Positions 1 to 10,098 of a DNA stretch of 64,000 nucleotides are shown piece after piece (position 1 is the stretch's first letter; each line of letters begins with the position of its first letter). Location of the stretch: NCBI GenBank assembly GCA_045632845.1, contig JAZQXL010000020.1, positions 35,386-99,385 on the forward strand, read 5' to 3'. Origin of the DNA: Alphaproteobacteria bacterium. GTDB taxonomy: Bacteria > Pseudomonadota > Alphaproteobacteria > CAAHEQ01 > UBA3637. The notes under the pieces are model-generated. The model searched no databases. It saw only the letters and a program-made list of their open reading frames with translations, and had not been told where the DNA came from. The position numbers and the translations under genes were made by a program.

Positions 1-2
1 AA

Positions 3-740
3 GGAACACCAACTGTATATGCAACTCTTCCTGGTGGACACCGTTTTACAGGTATTGCTGGCAGAAATGTTATGTATGACAATAACGATTTAACTGGTGG
101 TATTGCTATGGCTATTCGTGTTTATAAAGAAGATGTTTCTATTTCTATGAGTGACTTTGGTCTAAATGAAGGAGCCAGACTTCGCCCACTCAACCGTTTG
201 AAACAAGTCGAGGATCCCGATGATCCTTTCGAACGATTAATGCTTTCAATCAAAAGAGGTGACCATGTTTTAATCAGCGGGGCAACCGCAACGGGTAAAA
301 CAACATTCTTAAACAATTTAATTAAAGTCTTAGATCCTCACAAACGGATTTTAACCATCGAAGATACAAGGGAATTGATTGTCCCTCACAAAAATAGAGT
401 TCATATCGTTCTTCCTCGTACAGAATTGACCAATAATTTTGATTATAAAAAAGTGATCGACCTTGCTGTACGTTTTACACCAGATGCAATTATTGGTGGT
501 GAAATTTCAACATCCAATGCGGGTGCCCTATGGGAATTGATGGGATCTGGTCACGACAACTGTTTTGCAACAATTCACGCAGAAAGTCCTGATGCCGCCT
601 ATAAAGCTTTTATTGGTCGTATTTTACACTCTTATCCAACAACTGATCGTGAAAAAACATATCGTGAAATGAAAGAAAAACTCCGAGTTGTTCAAATTAA
701 CCGTGATGGCAATATTCGTGCAGTTACAGAAGTCACCTGA
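3..740 (+). CDS. virB11: VirB11/CpaF-family secretion ATPase (5'-truncated by window edge)
   Basis: Walker A GATATGKTT, Asp box TIEDTRE, Walker B AIIGGE, His box SGHDNCFATIH; frame open to window start. Confidence 0.8.
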   Translation, partial: GTPTVYATLPGGHRFTGIAGRNVMYDNNDLTGGIAMAIRVYKEDVSISMSDFGLNEGARLRPLNRLKQVEDPDDPFERLMLSIKRGDHVLISGATATGKTTFLNNLIKVLDPHKRILTIEDTRELIVPHKNRVHIVLPRTELTNNFDYKKVIDLAVRFTPDAIIGGEISTSNAGALWELMGSGHDNCFATIHAESPDAAYKAFIGRILHSYPTTDREKTYREMKEKLRVVQINRDGNIRAVTEVT

Positions 741-874
741 AAAAAGCAATACTTTACTCAGGTTAAAATACTTTTTTATCTACATAAAAAAGTATTTTTT
801 TTATTTATATACCTCTTGATTTTTGTATTATATGTATTATATGTACTATATCAACAAAAAAATAAGGAGGCAAT

Positions 875-1162
875 ATGTTATCACAAGAAGAAAAAGCAAA
901 ACGATATGAAATTATTGAACGAGGTATTCAAAAAAGAATTCAACGAATTCAAGATGATTTGATGATTGATTTAAAATGTCCACTCAACAAAATACCAACC
1001 AGAGAATTAGAACGCAGCGTTGAGGAAGAATTAAAATACTACCTTGATGAACTTTTTGCAGGACAAGCTGAACCTTTTTTTCTGTTTGACTGTATTATTA
1101 GTGAAAACGCACCCGTATCTTTAAGTTATGGAAACCCTCATAAACGAAAAATTATTAATTAA
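875..1162 (+). CDS. hypothetical protein (95 aa)
   Basis: ORF with strong RBS AAGGAGG; no recognisable motif. Confidence 0.65.
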   Translation: MLSQEEKAKRYEIIERGIQKRIQRIQDDLMIDLKCPLNKIPTRELERSVEEELKYYLDELFAGQAEPFFLFDCIISENAPVSLSYGNPHKRKIIN

Positions 1163-1889
1163 GTTTTCCCTTTTTTGAATAGAGGATTTTATGCACCTCT
1201 GATAAGGGTAATTCCTCTAAAGATAAAAACCATGCACCAGAAGCTTTTTTATTCTCATACACGCATTTTTCAAGAGAATAGATAGTATCCGGTGCTTTTT
1301 TAACAACATCATCTCCTGGTTGCCAATTTGCGGGCGTGGCAATATCTAATCGGTCAGATAATTGCAAACTTATTAAAATACGTTTCAATTCATCAAAATT
1401 ACGCCCCGTAGAAGAGGGATAAAACAAAATTGCCCGTATAATGTTTTTTGGGTCTATAAAAAAAACACCACGAACCGTTTTTGTATCATCACTATTTGGG
1501 TGAATCATCCCATACATTCTTGATATTCGACCAGATAAATCTGCAATTAAGGGAAATCTAATTTTTGTTTTTGTTATTCCATGAAAAGAGATTTGATCTT
1601 CAATAGTCTTCAACCAACCTAGATGGCTAGTTAAACTATCAACTGACAAACCAATTAACGCTGTATTTAAAGATTCAAACTCTTGCATCATTTCTGCAAA
1701 AAAAATAAACTCGGTTGTACAAACAGGTGTAAAATCTGACGGATGACTAAACAAAATGATCCATTTGTCTTGAAAATCATTTGGAAAAGAAATCCAACCA
1801 TTCGTTGTTTCAGCATCAAATGCAGGAGCTCTATCCCCTATTTTAAGGGCGCAATTATTCTCAACATCTAATTCAGTTTCTTTTGACAT
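1155..1889 (-). CDS. peroxiredoxin (Prx6 type)
   Basis: FSHPSDFTPVCTTE active-site motif, ATPANWQPGD; start placed at MSKETE with GAGGAG RBS. Confidence 0.93.
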   Translation of the reverse strand: MSKETELDVENNCALKIGDRAPAFDAETTNGWISFPNDFQDKWIILFSHPSDFTPVCTTEFIFFAEMMQEFESLNTALIGLSVDSLTSHLGWLKTIEDQISFHGITKTKIRFPLIADLSGRISRMYGMIHPNSDDTKTVRGVFFIDPKNIIRAILFYPSSTGRNFDELKRILISLQLSDRLDIATPANWQPGDDVVKKAPDTIYSLEKCVYENKKASGAWFLSLEELPLSEVHKILYSKKGKLN

Positions 1890-1970
1890 AAAAAATCTCC
1901 TCTTTGATAAAAGTGGAGTTCTCATTTGTTTTTTTCAATCAATACGATGGAATAAAGATCTTTTAAGCAT

Positions 1971-2004
1971 AAAAAAAAGTCGCCCATAAGCGACCTCTTT
2001 TTTT
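1971..2004. terminator. intrinsic terminator downstream of rpmG
   Basis: A8-GTCGC-ccataa-GCGAC-ctc-T7 hairpin. Confidence 0.6.
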
Positions 2005-2017
2005 ACCCAAAATTGAA

Positions 2018-2185
2018 TTATTTCAATTTCTTTTCAACAAATTCCACGTGTTTTCTGGCTTTTTTGTCATATTTGCGGATTTTTAACTTTTCAGTTTTTG
2101 TCCGTGGGTTCTTTTTTGTTACATAGAAAACACCTGTACCAGCAGTGCTTTCTAATTTAACTTCAACTGTTGTCGGTTTTGCCAT
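2018..2185 (-). CDS. rpmG: 50S ribosomal protein L33 (absent from ORF track)
   Basis: Manual translation [55 protein letters not shown]. Confidence 0.97.
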   Translation of the reverse strand: MAKPTTVEVKLESTAGTGVFYVTKKNPRTKTEKLKIRKYDKKARKHVEFVEKKLK

Positions 2186-2278
2186 AATATACCACCACTA
2201 AAAAATAAATTAAACCATAGGTGTTCACTATATATTAATTTTTCAATAAAGTCAAGCTAAAATGTCACATCAAACACA

Positions 2279-3070
2279 TTATTTTTCTTCAATTATGTCG
2301 ATTTGATAGCCATCTTGCTTCAACCAATCAATGATTCGAGCTAAAAAAGCCTTTTCACGTTCGTGAATTTCACCGTCTGCAGTTATTACATTTAAAATTG
2401 ATTGTATCAGTGGTTGAACAACCTCTTTACCCTTTCTTAAAACATGGTGAAATGCTGTTGAAAAACTATCACTATCTGGCGCTAAAGAAATTAAATAATC
2501 ATTCATTTGTATATCATCATATGCCAAATATGGCACACGGGAACGAACATGTTTTAAAACACATTGCCGTTCTTTTGATGCCAAAGCACCATCAACACCC
2601 ACCAAATACATCAAAACCGTAATTTCATGACTTGTTTCTTTAATGGCCTTAGCAAAATCAGACATTGGTTCTGGCAAATAGGAATCTTCAACAGCAATTC
2701 CCAACACATTTTGCAAAAAAACATATGGATCAGAATACATTTTTTCAGAATTAATATCTGTTATACATGAAATTTGACTTACACGAATAAGACGTGGCGC
2801 TTTAATGTCCAAAGCAACACCATCAATAAAATATTCTTCTTTATTTTTAATGATTCGACGGATTAAAAAATCCCTTTTTTTCAAATTTGAACTTAATGAT
2901 TCATAAGTGATTGATGCTTTAACAGATATACCTGAGTGAATTTCAATTGAAGATGTTAAAGTTTCTTGCACCATATCAGGAATCATTTTTGATTCCGTTG
3001 GTTGTTTTTCAATTTCTTCATCACGAAAATCTTTTGCCGCTTTTAAAATATCTTCTTGACTTACAGACAT
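2279..3070 (-). CDS. WYL-like domain fused to TerB-like domain
   Basis: N-half ITYES..KKR..YFIDG..APRLIRVSQI resembles WYL; C-half VGVDGALASKE..ITADGEIHEREK resembles TerB. Confidence 0.55.
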   Translation of the reverse strand: MSVSQEDILKAAKDFRDEEIEKQPTESKMIPDMVQETLTSSIEIHSGISVKASITYESLSSNLKKRDFLIRRIIKNKEEYFIDGVALDIKAPRLIRVSQISCITDINSEKMYSDPYVFLQNVLGIAVEDSYLPEPMSDFAKAIKETSHEITVLMYLVGVDGALASKERQCVLKHVRSRVPYLAYDDIQMNDYLISLAPDSDSFSTAFHHVLRKGKEVVQPLIQSILNVITADGEIHEREKAFLARIIDWLKQDGYQIDIIEEK

Positions 3071-3072
3071 AT

Positions 3073-3606
3073 CTATTTTTCCCTCAAAACAAATTTAATC
3101 CATTCTTTGGTATGAGTATATAAATTCCCAATTGAAATTGCAATGTCTTTTTTTGGGGGCATCCAAGTTGATTTTGCAATAAAATCAGCCTCTTTATTTA
3201 AAAATATATTTTTCCCCTTGTTCTTTAAAAATGCAGCCCATTCAACATCCGTTAACAACGAAACGTTTTCCCTTCCAAATTTAAAAATAGCCACACGTTT
3301 TAAAAGTTTGGAAATCTCTTTTCCAACTTCAACAGGTGTTAATGGTTGCTTTTCAATCTTTTTAAGTTCTTGTAAGGCATACACATATGCTGAAGGAAAA
3401 AAACGCCTTTTAACATAAATAATCAACACAATGCTCAATAGGACAAAAACACTTAAAATAATCCACCAACCACTTGCTAATGGAAAAATTGATGGCTTTT
3501 CACCCAAAATAACATCTTTTAAACCAGAAAGATCCAAATCTTTTGGATAAGGCATCACTGCTGTTGCAAATAAAACAGAACTAATTCTTGCTTTTTGAGA
3601 GATCAT
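3073..3606 (-). CDS. DUF4381 family membrane protein
   Basis: LKDV..P.SIFPLASGWWI TM motif, LLKRVA, W.AFL; MoxR/DUF58 context. Confidence 0.8.
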   Translation of the reverse strand: MISQKARISSVLFATAVMPYPKDLDLSGLKDVILGEKPSIFPLASGWWIILSVFVLLSIVLIIYVKRRFFPSAYVYALQELKKIEKQPLTPVEVGKEISKLLKRVAIFKFGRENVSLLTDVEWAAFLKNKGKNIFLNKEADFIAKSTWMPPKKDIAISIGNLYTHTKEWIKFVLREK

Positions 3607-4523
3607 ACCAATCCCCCTTTGCAATAAAATGCCAACATATTGATAAACTCATCTTCAGTTGTTAAAGGAAGATATCCAACCCGTTCATTTTTTGCAATTT
3701 CTAACAAGGAAGAAACAAAATCTTCAAACTCTGATCTGTATTTGTTTTGAAAAGACTTTGTTTTTGCATTCAAAAAAATTGTTTCAACGCCATTTGTTAC
3801 AGGAAAAACCCCTTTGGGGAACTCTTTTTCCAGCCCATCATAAATATGAATTAATGAACAAGTTGCTTTTTTTGAAATACGCTGAATAATTGTTTCAATT
3901 TCTTCATTATAATCAACAAAATCGCTTATAACAAAAACATTAGCGCCTCTTCGAATAAACTTTTCACTCTTTGCCATGGCTTGCAAAAGCGTATTTTCTT
4001 CAAGAGTACTTTTTTCAACATCACCCTCAACACTCAACGAATCTAAAAAAGAAGACAATGTTTCTTTTCCCATTTGAGGGATTGCACACGTTATTTTATC
4101 ATCTCCTAAAACACAAAAACCAATTTTATCATTTTTATTTTCAGCTAAAAAAGATAAAAATGCAGCACATTTTGCAGCTACAACAGATTTAAAAACACCT
4201 TTTGTTGCAAACTTCATATGCTCTCGCATATCAACAACAATAAAAACCTGTTGTTCCTTTTCATCTGTATATAACTTTGTGTAAGGTTTGTTATGTTTGG
4301 CAGTAATCTTCCAATCAATCAACCGAACATCATCCCCTGGTTGATATACACGAACTTCTTGAAAATCCAAGCCTTTCGTCTTAAAAGGCGAAATATGTTC
4401 TCCAAAACCAACATCTACTAGCAATTTTGCTTTGCCAAAAGAAAACATTTGAGCCTTTTTTTTCAGAGCTAAAAGCTGTTCTTTTGAAGCATATATTGAT
4501 TCAGAAAAATTGTTTTTTTTCAT
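3603..4523 (-). CDS. DUF58 domain protein
   Basis: GLDFQEVRVYQPGDDVRLIDWKITA, FVISDF. Confidence 0.92.
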   Translation of the reverse strand: MKKNNFSESIYASKEQLLALKKKAQMFSFGKAKLLVDVGFGEHISPFKTKGLDFQEVRVYQPGDDVRLIDWKITAKHNKPYTKLYTDEKEQQVFIVVDMREHMKFATKGVFKSVVAAKCAAFLSFLAENKNDKIGFCVLGDDKITCAIPQMGKETLSSFLDSLSVEGDVEKSTLEENTLLQAMAKSEKFIRRGANVFVISDFVDYNEEIETIIQRISKKATCSLIHIYDGLEKEFPKGVFPVTNGVETIFLNAKTKSFQNKYRSEFEDFVSSLLEIAKNERVGYLPLTTEDEFINMLAFYCKGGLV

Positions 4524-4524
4524 T

Positions 4525-5484
4525 CTACACCATTGGAACTCGTTTTAATAACGTATTCAACAACTGATCCGATGTAACACCAACAGCCTTTGCTTCAAAA
4601 GATGGCAACAAGCGATGTCTTAACACATCAAAAACAATTGATTTTAAATCTTCAGGAGCAACATAGTCACGACCATTCAACCAAGCAGAAGCTCTGGCCG
4701 CAATATCAAGAGCAATTGTCCCACGAGGAGAAACCCCAAAACCAATATACTTTGACAAATCATCCCCATAAGGTGATGGGTCACGTGTCGCCATTACCAA
4801 TTGAATGATGTATTCTTCAATTTCTGGAGACATATACACATCCAACACATCTTGTCTGGCAGCCATAACTGCTCGCTCAGAAATTTTCTTAAACACAGGT
4901 AATGGTTCTTGTTTTTCTTCTTGACGAATTAATTTTAAAATTTTTCGCTCAGCTTCCGCTGTTGGATATTTAATTTTTACATAAAACAAAAAACGATCAA
5001 GTTGCGCTTCGGGCAAAACATAAGTTCCTTCTTGCTCAATTGGATTTTGCGTTGCCATAACCATAAACAAATCTGGTAATTTGTATGTTGTATTTCCAAC
5101 TGTAATTTGACGTTCACCCATTGCCTCTAATAAGGCAGATTGCACCTTTGCTGGAGCACGATTAATTTCATCAGCAATAATCAAATTGTTAAAAATTGGA
5201 CCTTTTTGGAAATAAAATTGATGTGTTTCGTGACGATAAACATCACTTCCTGTAATATCAGATGGTAATAAATCTGGTGTAAATTGAATACGTTGTTCCT
5301 TAGCATCAATTAAACAAGAAAGCATCTTAACCGCTTTTGTTTTTGCAAGCCCAGGAGCTCCTTCAACCAGCAAATGTCCATTACACAACAATGCGATAAC
5401 CAATTTTCGAACCAAATCCTCTTGTCCAACAATAACGCTGTTCATATAATCTAACAATCTCTGAAAGTCTTGAGTAATAGCCAT
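4525..5484 (-). CDS. moxR: MoxR family AAA+ ATPase
   Basis: EGAPGLAKT, RIQFTPDLLPSD, DEINRA, ATQNPIEQEGTY, EAQLDRF. Confidence 0.95.
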   Translation of the reverse strand: MAITQDFQRLLDYMNSVIVGQEDLVRKLVIALLCNGHLLVEGAPGLAKTKAVKMLSCLIDAKEQRIQFTPDLLPSDITGSDVYRHETHQFYFQKGPIFNNLIIADEINRAPAKVQSALLEAMGERQITVGNTTYKLPDLFMVMATQNPIEQEGTYVLPEAQLDRFLFYVKIKYPTAEAERKILKLIRQEEKQEPLPVFKKISERAVMAARQDVLDVYMSPEIEEYIIQLVMATRDPSPYGDDLSKYIGFGVSPRGTIALDIAARASAWLNGRDYVAPEDLKSIVFDVLRHRLLPSFEAKAVGVTSDQLLNTLLKRVPMV

Positions 5485-5560
5485 TTTTTTCTTTCTCCCC
5501 TTAAATTGTGAGTTGCTTTGTTGTTAAAATTAATATATACTGCTTTTGTTAGGATTGCAA

Positions 5561-6322
5561 ATGACAAATTCAATTTTGTCCCTCTATTGGGTATTTTTTA
5601 TTGATGACAATAACCAGTTGTGGGTTCTTTTTCAAGATGGCAGACTTAGTTTGATGAAACAAGTTCCGCCATTTGCTTCTTTTTCCTCTGATCACACGTT
5701 GATTACAGGGGTTGAAATTGATGGCAAATCAACAGCTATCAAATGGATGTATGCTGACTTTCAAAAAAAAGAATTCCCGCCTATTATCTCCTGTAGTGGA
5801 TATTGCTATTTCCCTGCTCTATTGAATAAAGTACACAGCCGACTAGCTCTCATTCAAGCAGATTTATTAAACCCTGCTGGCACTGGGAAAATGCTTGTCT
5901 ACCAAAAAGCAAGAAAAAAATATCACCTTATTGATACTTTTCAAGCTGCAATGTATCCACCTTTTTATGGAAACTCTGGTTCACTGTATTATATATCTCC
6001 TAAAGGCGATTTGGAGAAAAAAACAATTGATGAAATCAAACTTATTCACCCTCAAGTTTCTCTTTTTGCCCTCAGTGAAACTGAAGAAGATATCGCTGTT
6101 TATTCTGGCGAAACTATTCGTTGGATTTCTCCAAAAACTGGGCAATTTAGGCAATTTATTGCCTTTGATGTGACAGCCATCGGGTTCAACCAATCAGCAG
6201 ACACACTCTTTTTTGCTACGCACAAAAATGGCAGAACTGGGTTATATCAATATAATAAACATAACCAAGAAATTACCCTTATCCTAAACCATCCTGCAAA
6301 AATAACAGCCATTTCATTTTAG
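5561..6322 (+). CDS. hypothetical beta-rich protein (possible propeller)
   Basis: Long ORF with short beta-strand-like segments; start uncertain. Confidence 0.55.
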   Translation: MTNSILSLYWVFFIDDNNQLWVLFQDGRLSLMKQVPPFASFSSDHTLITGVEIDGKSTAIKWMYADFQKKEFPPIISCSGYCYFPALLNKVHSRLALIQADLLNPAGTGKMLVYQKARKKYHLIDTFQAAMYPPFYGNSGSLYYISPKGDLEKKTIDEIKLIHPQVSLFALSETEEDIAVYSGETIRWISPKTGQFRQFIAFDVTAIGFNQSADTLFFATHKNGRTGLYQYNKHNQEITLILNHPAKITAISF

Positions 6323-6381
6323 TTTCTTGACAAAAAAACACCTCCCTTTTATACTATTTTTACAAAAATATTGGAGGAAAA

Positions 6382-7164
6382 ATGTCTATTTCAGATATCT
6401 TATTGCTTTCATTTGTTCAAAGTGCAACTGAATTTTTGCCCGTCAGTTCATCGGGCCACCTTATTTTGATGGAAAAATTTGGATTTTCTAATCAAAATTT
6501 GTTAATGGATATCTCTTTACATTTAGGAACATTGATTGCTGTTTTAGCTTTTTTTCACAAAGATATTTTAAACATTCTCAAAAATTTTTATAAAAAAAGC
6601 CAAGAACAAAAACTTCTTTTTCACTTAATCATTGCAACCATTCCAGCTTGTATTCTTGGTTATTTTTTAAATGACATCATCGAAACAACACTCAGATCAC
6701 CGCTTATTATTGCATTCACATCTATTTTTTATGGGTGTTTACTATGGATTGCAGATAAATTTTCCACGAGCAAAAAGGAAATTAAAGATATTGGAGTAAA
6801 AGAAGCTCTCATCATTGGATGCGCACAAGCACTCGCTCTTATCCCTGGCACAAGTCGTTCTGGAATCACAATGACAAGTGCTAGATTTTTAGGATTAAAC
6901 AGGGTTGACAGCGCTAAATTTTCAATGTTATTATCTATCCCTGTTATTGCTTTAGGCGCTTTTTATATGCTTTTTAAAAGCGCAAATGAAGGTATTTTAA
7001 CACCAGAAATTATATCAAATCTTTCAATAGGAATTGTTTCAGCCGGAATTTTTGGATTAGCAGCTGTTTGGTTTTTAATCCGCTGGTTAAAAACAGCCTC
7101 ATTTGCCTTATTTGCAATTTATAGAATTATCTTAGGAATTATTTTGTTCTGTATCTTTCTCTAG
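6382..7164 (+). CDS. uppP: undecaprenyl-diphosphate phosphatase
   Basis: TEFLPVSSSGH and AQALALIPGTSRSG motifs. Confidence 0.96.
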   Translation: MSISDILLLSFVQSATEFLPVSSSGHLILMEKFGFSNQNLLMDISLHLGTLIAVLAFFHKDILNILKNFYKKSQEQKLLFHLIIATIPACILGYFLNDIIETTLRSPLIIAFTSIFYGCLLWIADKFSTSKKEIKDIGVKEALIIGCAQALALIPGTSRSGITMTSARFLGLNRVDSAKFSMLLSIPVIALGAFYMLFKSANEGILTPEIISNLSIGIVSAGIFGLAAVWFLIRWLKTASFALFAIYRIILGIILFCIFL

Positions 7165-7362
7165 TTTTTTCAAAAGCCAATTAAGAACAAAAACTCTTAA
7201 TGCACTTGACAAATTACCCTCACGGGACATATCAATTTTTTCAACCAACTGTTGAAGTGTTGTTTGCTCAGTTTCAGAAATCTGTTTAAGAATCTTCCAA
7301 AATTCATCTTCCATTGAAACACTGGTTGAATGTCCCATAATTACCAAAGATCTTTTTTTCAT
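7132..7362 (-). CDS. ribbon-helix-helix (RHH_4-type) protein
   Basis: KRSLVIMGHSTSVSMEDEFW..NLSSALRVFVL. Confidence 0.85.
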   Translation of the reverse strand: MKKRSLVIMGHSTSVSMEDEFWKILKQISETEQTTLQQLVEKIDMSREGNLSSALRVFVLNWLLKKLEKDTEQNNS

Positions 7363-7784
7363 TTTTTACGGTACCGATCTAAATCAATAATTTGTCCAGT
7401 TACGGCTTCATTATTTTTTTCTTTTTTAGGAAATTCGTCTTTTTGTGGCTGCAAAACAAAACCAAACTGTTGTGAAGGATCTGCAAATTGTGTAATTGCA
7501 GTATAAGGAACTTTCAATGTTGATAAAACACCCCCAAAAGCTAAATCAACACAAAAATAATCTTCATTTACAACCAAATTTTCAAATTGATATTGCAAAA
7601 CAACTGTGATTTCTTCTGGATACTTTGCTCGCACAAAATCAGGGATAACAACATCTTTTCGATCTGTTCTAAATGAAATTAAAAAATGATTCTCTGAAGA
7701 CAACCCCTCGTTTTCAACAGTCTTTAAAATATCACGAATCATATATCTTCGTGAAGCATAAAGAAATTGATTATAATCCAACAT
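7359..7784 (-). CDS. sspB: ClpXP adaptor SspB (alphaproteobacterial type)
   Basis: HFLISFRT..YPEEITVVLQYQF..FADPS, C-terminal IIDLDRYRKK; adjacent to ssrA. Confidence 0.92.
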   Translation of the reverse strand: MLDYNQFLYASRRYMIRDILKTVENEGLSSENHFLISFRTDRKDVVIPDFVRAKYPEEITVVLQYQFENLVVNEDYFCVDLAFGGVLSTLKVPYTAITQFADPSQQFGFVLQPQKDEFPKKEKNNEAVTGQIIDLDRYRKK

Positions 7785-7799
7785 ATCCCTCTCCTAAAA

Positions 7800-8105
7800 A
7801 AAAGTGGATTTTCTGTTGCTAGGTAATCCACAAACCCCACCTAAACGCTCATATTGTCTAGGGATTGATCGTTACTTAGATACCTAAAATTAAGCAGCTA
7901 AAGCAACTGGAGCAAAATTATCATTTGCGTTTATATTATCAGCCCGATAACGGTGGTACAATACCGGATACAAGAGAAAGCCTTTATTATGCGTGTCGAT
8001 TCTATTTCACCCCCATAATAAATGGTGGAGGTGTCGGGTACTGCCCCCGAGTCCACAGACATCTATTCTGCTTTTCGTTTAGCATCATAGTCAGTTACCT
8101 GACAA
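7800..8105 (-). ncRNA. ssrA: two-piece (circularly permuted) tmRNA
   Basis: Acceptor 3' end CUCCACCA (8030-8023) precedes 5' GGGGGUGAAAUAGAAUCGAC (from 8014); tag ORF ANDNFAPVALAA* at 7928-7890; ends approximate. Confidence 0.93.
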
Positions 8106-8109
8106 GTTT

Positions 8110-8138
8110 AGTATACCCTAAAATTAAACCAAGCGCAA
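8110..8138 (-). promoter_or_regulatory. sigma70 promoter for ssrA
   Basis: TTGCGC-N17-TATACT on minus strand. Confidence 0.65.
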
Positions 8139-8141
8139 GCT

Positions 8142-9137
8142 CTATTTCTCACCTTGTTTTGACAAATCTCTTAGATTTTTTTGCATTTTAGCTTTAGATA
8201 AATACAAAACAGCAGTTGTTGCTTTTTTACCACTTTCCAAAAGTTGTTGGGCATACAACATCCTTTCTTTTACATTTGATGGCGAAATGCAAATATATTG
8301 TGGAGAGGTCAACAGATACTTCATTAAATGTCTAGCATCTGCATTTGGGTGTTGTGAAAAATAAAACACACCGTTTTCAAAGTTCTCTTGATACATTGTA
8401 ATATTTTGAATCAATGCATTTGTATCTTTACAAAAAAGTTTTGGATGTGAAAAACAAGCATCTATCCAGTCTTGTTTTTGAACACCAAATTTTTGAATAA
8501 AATCACCCATAACCGCACACTTTTGCTTTAACGTTTCAATATCTTTCACCAATATGTCTGGCATTTTTTTCAAAACAGAAACACTTTCATCAAAAGAAAC
8601 ACCATGCGATTTTGAAAAAGCAATAAAATCCATCAATTTCACATCTAGATTTTCAGGATTTATTTTTAAAACATTTGGATATTTAAAAGCCATTTTAACA
8701 AAATCAGTAATAGATACTTTATATTTTGATAAAACAATCAATCCATCATTGATGTTTTTCTTAATTTTTTTAGGCCCCCAACCCAATACCGCTCTCCCAT
8801 GAGCTGTTGAAGACATTTCGTTTAAAAAAAGCTTAGAATCAGCACCTTTTTCTTGAATAAAAGACAACAAATCATTCAATGATGCAGGTAGATACGAAAA
8901 AACAATCCCATCACTAAGCGTATTGTACATATCTTCTTTTGAAACACCACAATCAGAAAAAATCTTTTCAAACAAAGAAAAACGTTCTTGAATATTCACC
9001 CGCAAAAACGGTAAAGATTCTTCTTTTTCTTTTTGACGGACATTCAAAAGTTTCAAAATCTGTTCCTTTGAAAAACCAACAGTTTTAAAATCTTCAACAA
9101 TCTTATTCAAAATCTTTTTTTTATCTTGATTTTCCAT
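8142..9137 (-). CDS. mTERF-like helical repeat protein (paralog 3)
   Basis: Repeats KMAFKYPNVLKINPE, SVLKKMPDILVKDIE, ACFSHPKLFCKDTN; N- and C-caps shared with neighbours. Confidence 0.65.
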   Translation of the reverse strand: MENQDKKKILNKIVEDFKTVGFSKEQILKLLNVRQKEKEESLPFLRVNIQERFSLFEKIFSDCGVSKEDMYNTLSDGIVFSYLPASLNDLLSFIQEKGADSKLFLNEMSSTAHGRAVLGWGPKKIKKNINDGLIVLSKYKVSITDFVKMAFKYPNVLKINPENLDVKLMDFIAFSKSHGVSFDESVSVLKKMPDILVKDIETLKQKCAVMGDFIQKFGVQKQDWIDACFSHPKLFCKDTNALIQNITMYQENFENGVFYFSQHPNADARHLMKYLLTSPQYICISPSNVKERMLYAQQLLESGKKATTAVLYLSKAKMQKNLRDLSKQGEK

Positions 9138-10098
9138 GGGTCATCCTTGATTGAAACAACATTTTTCTTTTTTCAGTCCAAAAACTTTCTGGTGCATTTT
9201 TCAAATCTTCCAAAATAGCTCTTTCTGTTTTATAAAGAGCCATTTTTTGAGCTTTACCCTTTGTTTCTTTAATATATTTGGCATAAAGTCTTTTTAATTT
9301 TAAAGCCTCAAGACTATAAACCAAAACAAATGGTTTTTTGAGCAAATATTCTTGTAAATAAGCTTCATGTTTAACCCCTGCATCATCAACACGAATCAAA
9401 TCATCTTCATACATTTTTTTTAAAAAATTGTACTTTTGCTGCATCAATTTTGGATCAGCATATAACAAAGATGGGAACCTCTCAAAAGAAGTTAGTAAAC
9501 AAGAATTATCCGTCCAAAAAATCTGAGACAATTCATTCACTTTTTTTACAATTGTGTTTGGGTTAGCTGATAAAAGCTCAGGAGCTTTTAATGCCAAACG
9601 AATCCAAATATCTTGAGGAACACCCAATTCTCTTGAACAAGCTTGAATACCACTTTCAATCAAATGTGCACTCTTTTGCAAAATGCTTGGTTTTCGAACA
9701 GCGATACCTTTCCATTCATCCATAGATAAACCTAACACATTCGCCTGTAATTCAATGTTCCTTTTAACCCGCGCAAGAGGAATTGTAAAAATATTCGGTG
9801 TGTTCCAAAAAAGCTTAAAACAGGCACTAGGGTCCATCTCAAAAAAACGACTTACAACCTTTAAATTTCGTTCAATATATTCTGGGGTATATCCAAAAAA
9901 ACGAGGTGTTTTTCTTAACTTTATAATACTTTCTTTTCTTGTTTTTTTGTATGTTGAAAACAAATTTACAAAACCATTAATCCGATCTGTAATTTGTGTT
10001 TGAGCAAAAGGATTTTCAGCGCTGCGTAAATTAATAATCCGCATCGCTTCTTCAGCTGTAAAACCATTTTTTTCAAACTCTTTAATAATTTCTTGCAT
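9121..10098 (-). CDS. mTERF-like helical repeat protein (paralog 2)
   Basis: Five 36-aa repeats around P-x-(I/L/F)-(L/F); start at MQEII overlaps upstream stop (TAATG). Confidence 0.7.
   Translation of the reverse strand: MQEIIKEFEKNGFTAEEAMRIINLRSAENPFAQTQITDRINGFVNLFSTYKKTRKESIIKLRKTPRFFGYTPEYIERNLKVVSRFFEMDPSACFKLFWNTPNIFTIPLARVKRNIELQANVLGLSMDEWKGIAVRKPSILQKSAHLIESGIQACSRELGVPQDIWIRLALKAPELLSANPNTIVKKVNELSQIFWTDNSCLLTSFERFPSLLYADPKLMQQKYNFLKKMYEDDLIRVDDAGVKHEAYLQEYLLKKPFVLVYSLEALKLKRLYAKYIKETKGKAQKMALYKTERAILEDLKNAPESFWTEKRKMLFQSRMTHGKSR

Noticed and set aside
7925-8191. 88-aa ORF on plus strand
   Set aside because: Antisense to tmRNA
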